This document shows positions 58,569 to 64,000 of a DNA stretch of 64,000 bases, one piece after another. The number at the start of each line of letters is the position of its first letter. Positions within the stretch are counted from its first letter, which is position 1. The stretch is from Geopsychrobacteraceae bacterium (GTDB lineage: Bacteria > Desulfobacterota > Desulfuromonadia > Desulfuromonadales > Geopsychrobacteraceae). The stretch is from NCBI GenBank assembly GCA_963676795.2, contig CAXXTB010000002.1:1376001-1440000 (forward strand), given 5' to 3'. The notes beneath the pieces are model-generated. The model had not been told where the DNA came from. It did no database searches and saw nothing but the letters and a program-made list of their open reading frames with translations. A program made the translations under genes and the position numbers.

Positions 58569-59762
58569 ATGAAGTACATTGTTTTATTGGGTGATGGCAT
58601 GTCCGATGAGCCGAATGCGGAACTTGGCGGCAAGACGCCGCTCCAGGTTGCGGCAACCCCCTATATGGACCAGCTCTGCCGGCGCAGCAGGGTTGGCCTG
58701 GCATCGACGGTGCCGGCCGGCTACCACCCTGGCAGTGACGTGGCCAATCTCGCTGTGTTCGGTTACGACCCGAGTGAGTGCTATTCGGGGCGCTCTCCCC
58801 TGGAGGCGGCAAGCATGGGGGTTGAACTGGAGCCGAGTGATGTGTCATTCCGCCTCAATTTCGTCTGGCTGGAAGCGCATTACGGCAAACTCTATATGGG
58901 CGATTTTTCCGCTGGGCATATCACAACAGAAGAATCGAAGCAATTGATCGTCGACCTGCAGAAGGAGCTCGGTGGCGGCGAATTCAATTTCTACCCCGGT
59001 GTTTCCTATCGTCACCTGCTGGTCTGGAAGAACGGCAGGGATCAGATCCGCTTCACCCCGCCTCATGATATTTCGACTCTGAGCATCGAGGACTATCTGC
59101 CCAAGGGGGAGGGGGCCGAGGTTTTACAGGAGCTGGCCAATTCCGCCCAGATGATTCTGCACGATCATCCGGTAAACAATACCAGGGTTGCTGCGGGGAA
59201 GGTGCCGGCCAATTCGATCTGGCTCTGGGGTGAGGGACGCAAGCCGACAATGCAGACCTATCAGCAGCGCTACGGCTTGCGCGGGTCGGTCATCTCGGCC
59301 GTTGATCTGATCAAGGGGATCGGTACTTATGCGGGGCTGGATGTTATCGAGGTGCCCGGGGCGACCGGTTACATCGACACCAATTACCGTGGCAAAGCTG
59401 AGTATGCCATCGAATCGCTTAAAGAGCGCGATTTTGTCTACGTTCACGTCGAGGCTCCCGATGAGGCAGCTCACGCCGGACTGCTCAGAGAAAAGATTAC
59501 AGCGATCGAGGACTTTGACCGCGATGTTGTCGGTACTGTCGTTGAGAACCTCGATCAGATCGGCGATTGCCGGATATTGATCATGCCGGATCACCCAACC
59601 CCGGTCGCCAAGCGGACTCATACCGCCGAACCTGTCCCTTTTATCCTGTTTGATTCGACCCGCGACGTTGTTTCGGGAGCGTCTGCCTACAGCGAAGATG
59701 AGGCAGGTGCGACCGGTGATAATGTCATCGGCCATCAGCTGCTCAGCCAGATGCTCGGATAA
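58569..59762 (+). CDS. apgM: Cofactor-independent phosphoglycerate mutase (ApgM type)
   Basis: LGDGMSD, TPLQ.A.TP, GSDVAN, GRSPLEA, HVEAPDEAAH, DHPTP, H..EPVPF. Confidence 0.9.
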   Translation: MKYIVLLGDGMSDEPNAELGGKTPLQVAATPYMDQLCRRSRVGLASTVPAGYHPGSDVANLAVFGYDPSECYSGRSPLEAASMGVELEPSDVSFRLNFVWLEAHYGKLYMGDFSAGHITTEESKQLIVDLQKELGGGEFNFYPGVSYRHLLVWKNGRDQIRFTPPHDISTLSIEDYLPKGEGAEVLQELANSAQMILHDHPVNNTRVAAGKVPANSIWLWGEGRKPTMQTYQQRYGLRGSVISAVDLIKGIGTYAGLDVIEVPGATGYIDTNYRGKAEYAIESLKERDFVYVHVEAPDEAAHAGLLREKITAIEDFDRDVVGTVVENLDQIGDCRILIMPDHPTPVAKRTHTAEPVPFILFDSTRDVVSGASAYSEDEAGATGDNVIGHQLLSQMLG

Positions 59763-60200
59763 TTGCAGGTGGCTCAGGTCAAGTTCATCAAGCAGGAGCA
59801 ACCGGACCGGATCCAACTGATCTGTCATCTGACCGAGCGGTTCTTTCAGGAGCTTGAGGCGAAAGAGCCGATCCTCATTCTGGTCGAAGACGAGGCTCAG
59901 GCCCTGGCTCTCGATCAGTATCTCTGGACCTGGGACAAGGGGGCATTTTTGCCGCACGTCTATGACAACGGTGCGGTCGAATGCTGTCAGGAGCCGATTG
60001 TCATATCGACCCGTGAGGATAACTGCAACGCTGCGGCCATGCTGATCATGGGGAGGCCCTGTTCGCTCGATTTCGTCAAAAAGTTCAGGTTGGCTGTCGA
60101 TTTTGCCGAGGTCTACGATGCCGGGCTGGTTCAGCATGCGCGTCAGCGTTTCCGGGTGTTCCGTGATCATGGCCTGAACCCGGAAATGCTCGAGATATAG
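59763..60200 (+). CDS. holC: DNA polymerase III subunit chi-like protein
   Basis: ALDQYLWTW..GAFLPH and ARQRFR motifs. Start may be GTG 59769. Confidence 0.75.
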   Translation: MQVAQVKFIKQEQPDRIQLICHLTERFFQELEAKEPILILVEDEAQALALDQYLWTWDKGAFLPHVYDNGAVECCQEPIVISTREDNCNAAAMLIMGRPCSLDFVKKFRLAVDFAEVYDAGLVQHARQRFRVFRDHGLNPEMLEI

Positions 60201-60215
60201 GACTGGAGTGACTGT

Positions 60216-60974
60216 TTGAATAAAGATAATCTGTGTGTCGTTCTGGTTGAATCGCAGGGAGCTCTCAATATCGGCTCCGTCTGTCGGGCGATGCTGAATT
60301 TTGGTTTTACCGATCTGCGCCTGGTCAATCCGCAGGCCGATCATCTGTCCCACGAAGCTCGTCAGATGGCGGTCAAGGCCGGTCATCTCCTCGATGCTGC
60401 CAAGCTGTTTGGCAGTCTCGAAGAGGCTCTGGCGGATTGCGTCATGACCTTCGGCACGACCCGTCGTTTTGGCCGCTATCGGACCGGCCTGCTGCATCCT
60501 GATGAAGCGGCACAACAATTGATCCCGGTCTGTGACGAGGGGCGGGTCGCCCTGGTTTTTGGTCGCGAGGACAACGGCCTGCTGATGACTGAGCTCGATC
60601 TGTGTCAGAATTTTATCACCATCCCGACCAGCCCCGAACTTCCTTCGATGAATCTGGCTCAGTCCGTCGTTCTGCATCTCTACGAGGTCAATCGGGTGTG
60701 TGGCGAGCTGGAGGGGAAGACGCATGGCCGCAAGAAGCTGGCAACGGGTGAGCAGCTGGAAGGGCTGTATCAGCATATGCGAAGTTCTCTGGCGAATATA
60801 GGCTACCTGAACCCGCAGAACCCGGACCATATCCTGCGCAGCTACCGGCGCATTCTGGGGCGCGCCGCTCTGGATGAGCGTGAGGTCGGCGTGCTGCGCG
60901 GCCTGTTCAACCAGATCGATGTCTATAGCGGGCTCAAGGGGCCGCGCCAGACGGATGAGGAAGATCATGGCTGA
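60216..60974 (+). CDS. trmJ: tRNA/rRNA methyltransferase, TrmJ/LasT (SPOUT) family
   Basis: NIGSVCRAMLNFG, FGREDNGL, SMNLAQSV. Confidence 0.85.
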   Translation: MNKDNLCVVLVESQGALNIGSVCRAMLNFGFTDLRLVNPQADHLSHEARQMAVKAGHLLDAAKLFGSLEEALADCVMTFGTTRRFGRYRTGLLHPDEAAQQLIPVCDEGRVALVFGREDNGLLMTELDLCQNFITIPTSPELPSMNLAQSVVLHLYEVNRVCGELEGKTHGRKKLATGEQLEGLYQHMRSSLANIGYLNPQNPDHILRSYRRILGRAALDEREVGVLRGLFNQIDVYSGLKGPRQTDEEDHG

Positions 60975-61311
60975 GCCCTGGAAAATTCTGGAACTGGGCC
61001 GTGGTGTCTGCCTTGTTGCCAGGGATGAGACGAATCGCTATTTCGGTGACTATCACCGGGTCCGGTTGGTGGTGAGCGTTATCTGGCCACTGCCTGAGTC
61101 CATTTCTGCGCAGCAGGAGGAGCTGTCGGTTGAACTGCTCAAGGTGCTTGAGCAGATGGCGGTTGCCGGCCAGGATGTCGAGAGGGTCCGTAATGAACTG
61201 TTCGATGATTTTGTCCGCCATGCCAGGCAGTACCTGTTGAGCGACGGATTCGCCGAACGCCTCTGGCACAAGCGTCAGGCTGAAAAGCGGCGTCCCGTGA
61301 GCCGCTACTGA
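60967..61311 (+). CDS. Hypothetical protein
   Basis: 114 aa from ATG 60967 (GAGGA RBS), overlapping the trmJ end. Confidence 0.65.
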   Translation: MAEPWKILELGRGVCLVARDETNRYFGDYHRVRLVVSVIWPLPESISAQQEELSVELLKVLEQMAVAGQDVERVRNELFDDFVRHARQYLLSDGFAERLWHKRQAEKRRPVSRY

Positions 61312-61375
61312 TTTAGTGCTTGCCTTTTGGCGGCGCAAGTGATAAGCATATACGCGTTTCTTGGTTACCTTTCTG

Positions 61376-61405
61376 AAAGTGAGTCATTAAAGACTCGCTT
61401 TTTTT
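61376..61405 (+). promoter_or_regulatory. rimP leader attenuator (terminator hairpin in the 5' UTR)
   Basis: AAAGTGAGTC-attaaa-GACTCGCTTT followed by a T-run, just upstream of rimP. A terminator-type leader is known for rimP-nusA-infB operons. Confidence 0.65.
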
Positions 61406-61478
61406 ATTGCCTGGAGCTGGTGTCCTGTCACGCAGGAATAGCTCTGAATCTGGCATTTCAGGCATGAAGGATACAGGT

Positions 61479-61961
61479 GTGGCACAGCTTAACGAACAGA
61501 TAGTAGAACTTGTGACCCCGGTTGTTGAAGACCTCGGGCTGGAGCTTGTCGACCTTGAGTACAAGCGGGAAGGGCGAGGCTGGATCTTGCGCTTTTTCCT
61601 CGACAAGCCGGGCGGCATAACCCTCGACGATTGTGCGGATGCCAGTCGTGAGATCAGCTCGCTGCTCGATGTAGAAGATATTATCGATACAGCCTACAAC
61701 CTGGAGGTTTCATCGCCTGGTATCGACAGGCCGTTGAAGAAATTGCAGGATTTTGAACGTTTTGCCGGTCAGCTGGTCAAGATCAAGACCTTCTCCGGGA
61801 TCGATCCGGATCAGAGTGGCCGTAACCGCAAGACTTTTGCCGGGACGCTTGAGGGGGTCGAGGGGCAGAATGTCATTGTGGTCCTGCAGGGGAAGGCAGC
61901 GCCAAGGGCGGTCATCCCCTTTGATCAGATTGAAAAAGCAAATCTGGACTTTCAGTTTTAA
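61479..61961 (+). CDS. rimP: Ribosome maturation factor RimP
   Basis: GLELVDLEY, GITLDDCA..SR, YNLEVSSPGIDRPL. Start GTG 61479 or ATG 61464. Confidence 0.93.
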   Translation: MAQLNEQIVELVTPVVEDLGLELVDLEYKREGRGWILRFFLDKPGGITLDDCADASREISSLLDVEDIIDTAYNLEVSSPGIDRPLKKLQDFERFAGQLVKIKTFSGIDPDQSGRNRKTFAGTLEGVEGQNVIVVLQGKAAPRAVIPFDQIEKANLDFQF

Positions 61962-62040
61962 CCGGTTTGCTTCGCGCAGAAAATTGACAGCTGTTCCCGG
62001 ACGGGGGCAGCTCAAACTCACTTAAAAGGGGATTAACAGG

Positions 62041-63189
62041 ATGGTGGGCAATCTCAATCACATCATCGATCAGGTCGTCAAAGATAAGGGAATCGACCGC
62101 GATATCTTAATTGATGCTCTTGAATCAGCAGTTCTTTCAGCAGCAAACAAGAAGTTCAGAAACACCCGTGATCTCGAAGCTCATTATAACGACGAGATCG
62201 GTGAGGTTGAAGTTTTTGAGTTCGTCACTGTTGTTGAGGAGGTTGTCGATTCCTACAAAGAGATCGATATCGAAGAGGCCCGCGAAGTCGATCCGGATGT
62301 TGAGGTCGGCGATTCGCTGGGTATGATGCTCGAGGCCGGCAGCTTCAGTCGGATTGCCGCCCAAACCGCCAAGCAGGTCATTATCCAGAAGGTCCGTGAA
62401 GCTGAGCGCGAAGGTGTTTACAGCGAATTCAAGGATCGCATCGGTGAGGTTGTCAATGGTATCGTCCGCCGCTACGAGCGCGGCGACCTGATAGTCGATC
62501 TCGGCCGTGCCGAAGCCCTGCTGCCTAACCGTGAGCAGGTACCGCGTGAAAACTACCGTCAGTCCGATCGTGTCCGTGCCTACATCTCTGAAGTCAAGAT
62601 GTCGGCGAAGGGACCCCAGATCATTCTGTCCCGTACCCATCCGGGCCTGCTGATCTCCCTCTTTGCTGCCGAGGTTCCTGAAATCGCCGAAGGTATCGTG
62701 GAGATCAAGGGCGCTGCGCGCGAGCCGGGCAGCCGGGCCAAGATCGCCGTTGTTTCGCATGATCCTGATGTCGATCCGATCGGTGCCTGCGTCGGTATGC
62801 GCGGGTCCCGGGTTCAGAACGTCGTCACCGAACTGCGTGGTGAGCGGATCGATATTATCCCATGGACTCAGGACCCTGCTCGATTCGCCTGTGCCGCGCT
62901 GGCGCCAGCCGAAGTGTCCCGTGTCTATATCGACGATGAAGACCAGGCGATGGAAATCATCGTTCCTGATGACCAGTTGTCCTTGGCTATTGGCAAGAAA
63001 GGGCAGAACGTCCGTCTCGCTGCCAAGCTGACCGGCTGGAAGATCGACATCAAGAGCGAAAGCCGCGCCCAGGAAGAGGATTCCGAAGACGGCAAGACCC
63101 CGTCTGCACCGGAAAAAACTCAGAAAGAACTGGCTGAGGAGCTTTTTTCCGAAATTACCTCTTCTGAGCCGAACAGCTCTGAGGAATAA
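62041..63189 (+). CDS. nusA: Transcription termination factor NusA
   Basis: [54 protein letters not shown]. Confidence 0.97.
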   Translation: MVGNLNHIIDQVVKDKGIDRDILIDALESAVLSAANKKFRNTRDLEAHYNDEIGEVEVFEFVTVVEEVVDSYKEIDIEEAREVDPDVEVGDSLGMMLEAGSFSRIAAQTAKQVIIQKVREAEREGVYSEFKDRIGEVVNGIVRRYERGDLIVDLGRAEALLPNREQVPRENYRQSDRVRAYISEVKMSAKGPQIILSRTHPGLLISLFAAEVPEIAEGIVEIKGAAREPGSRAKIAVVSHDPDVDPIGACVGMRGSRVQNVVTELRGERIDIIPWTQDPARFACAALAPAEVSRVYIDDEDQAMEIIVPDDQLSLAIGKKGQNVRLAAKLTGWKIDIKSESRAQEEDSEDGKTPSAPEKTQKELAEELFSEITSSEPNSSEE

Positions 63190-63208
63190 CGGAGTCGACA
63201 TTTACTGT

Positions 63209-63805
63209 ATGGCTGATTCTGCCAGAGGGCCTGAAAGAACCTGTCTGTCGTGCCGCAGCCGGTTGGACAAACAGGCGCTGATACGTTATGTTGTCGCTCC
63301 GGATGGTTCTTTGCTGGTCGATTATCGGCAAAGATTGCCGGGTCGTGGTGCCTATACCTGTGTCGATCTTGATTGTCTCAGGAATGCGGTCAAAAAAGGC
63401 GGTTTTAAAAGAGCCTTTCGCGGTCGTTGTGAAGCCCCAGACGCCGCTCAGCTGATTGCGCAGCTGAAGCAGGAAGTCCGGCAGAAAATTGTCAATCTTC
63501 TCGGCATCTGCCGCAAGTCCGGCAAACTGATAGCCGGGAGTAACGCAGCTCTAGATGCCCTGAAGGGTGGCAGGTCATTGTGTCTGTTGTTGCTTGCTGA
63601 AGATATCTCTACGGGTGTGGCCGATAAAGTCACTCAGTCAGCAGCCGCGTCCGGAGTTGAGATCCATCGCCTGTTTACAAAACAGGAGATCGGACAGTAT
63701 TTGGGGAAAAGCGATGTTAGCTGCGTCGCATTTGTCAATGACGACCTGAGTGAATTGATTTCGAAAGAATTGTGCCGCCACGAACAACTGGTAAGGGAGA
63801 ATTGA
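63209..63805 (+). CDS. YlxR (DUF448)-L7Ae/YlxQ fusion RNA-binding protein
   Basis: PERTCLSCR..GRGAYTC..C (YlxR) followed by LLGICRKSGKLIAG..LLAED..EIGQYLGK (L7Ae-like). Confidence 0.85.
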   Translation: MADSARGPERTCLSCRSRLDKQALIRYVVAPDGSLLVDYRQRLPGRGAYTCVDLDCLRNAVKKGGFKRAFRGRCEAPDAAQLIAQLKQEVRQKIVNLLGICRKSGKLIAGSNAALDALKGGRSLCLLLLAEDISTGVADKVTQSAAASGVEIHRLFTKQEIGQYLGKSDVSCVAFVNDDLSELISKELCRHEQLVREN

Positions 63806-64000
63806 TGAGCAAAATGAAAGTACAAGAGCTCGCTAAAAAGATGGGCCTGGAAAATAAGGAACTGCTGGCCAAATTGGCAGATGCCGGTATCGACGCAGCG
63901 TCACAAAACAGTATCCTGTCGGAAGACGATGTTCAGAAGTTTGAAGCACAGCAGAAGGCTTCCGGTGAGAAGATTGAAGAGGCGCGCATCAAGCCAGGCT
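63805..64000 (+). CDS. infB: Translation initiation factor IF-2, N-terminus (3'-truncated)
   Basis: TGATG overlap; MSKMKVQELAKKMGLENKELLAKLADAG matches the IF2 N-domain; canonical position after nusA-ylxR. Confidence 0.88.
   Translation, partial: MSKMKVQELAKKMGLENKELLAKLADAGIDAASQNSILSEDDVQKFEAQQKASGEKIEEARIKPG

Noticed and set aside
59124..60968. 614-aa minus-strand ORF
   Set aside because: Lies antisense across apgM, holC and trmJ, which have clear family motifs.

Overview
Chromosomal window from a moderately GC-rich deltaproteobacterium. Gene content and order resemble Desulfuromonadia; this is an inference, not a database result. (1) 1-14.2 kb: a co-oriented operon encoding a giant OmpA-domain/beta-barrel outer-membrane protein (truncated by the window start), a small exported protein, three TPR proteins (two are lipoproteins), a GltF-like protein, a TolQ/ExbB-like subunit, two ExbD/TolR-like subunits and a TonB-like AgmX/PglI-type protein. 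This is an Agl-Glt-core-like, PMF-driven trans-envelope machine linked to a very large barrel. It is the best candidate here for an undescribed system (possibly secretion or surface-protein handling). (2) 14.4-21.5 kb: accessory catabolic block with LysR, a Na+/solute symporter followed by two unannotated tiny membrane ORFs, a CalA-like SDR, an aldehyde dehydrogenase and a second symporter. (3) 21.7-36 kb: tamA-tamB, a chemoreceptor with tandem CZB domains and a Cys-rich HAMP insertion, modD and modAB (no modC), sirtuin, phosphatase, Zn-ribbon and SEC-C proteins, Ca/Na antiporter. (4) 36-64 kb: housekeeping genes lrp-lysA-rlmD, sigma54-driven glnB-glnA, mscS, thrC, maeB, exbBD-pfkA, CDF transporter, mutS-amidase-glnD-xerD-apgM-holC-trmJ, and rimP-nusA-ylxR/L7Ae-infB (partial). 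Two MITE-like elements with terminal inverted repeats lie at about 10.55 kb and 21.56 kb. I saw no rRNA, tRNA, CRISPR array or transposase. All calls come from reading the sequence and recalled motifs; no searches were run.
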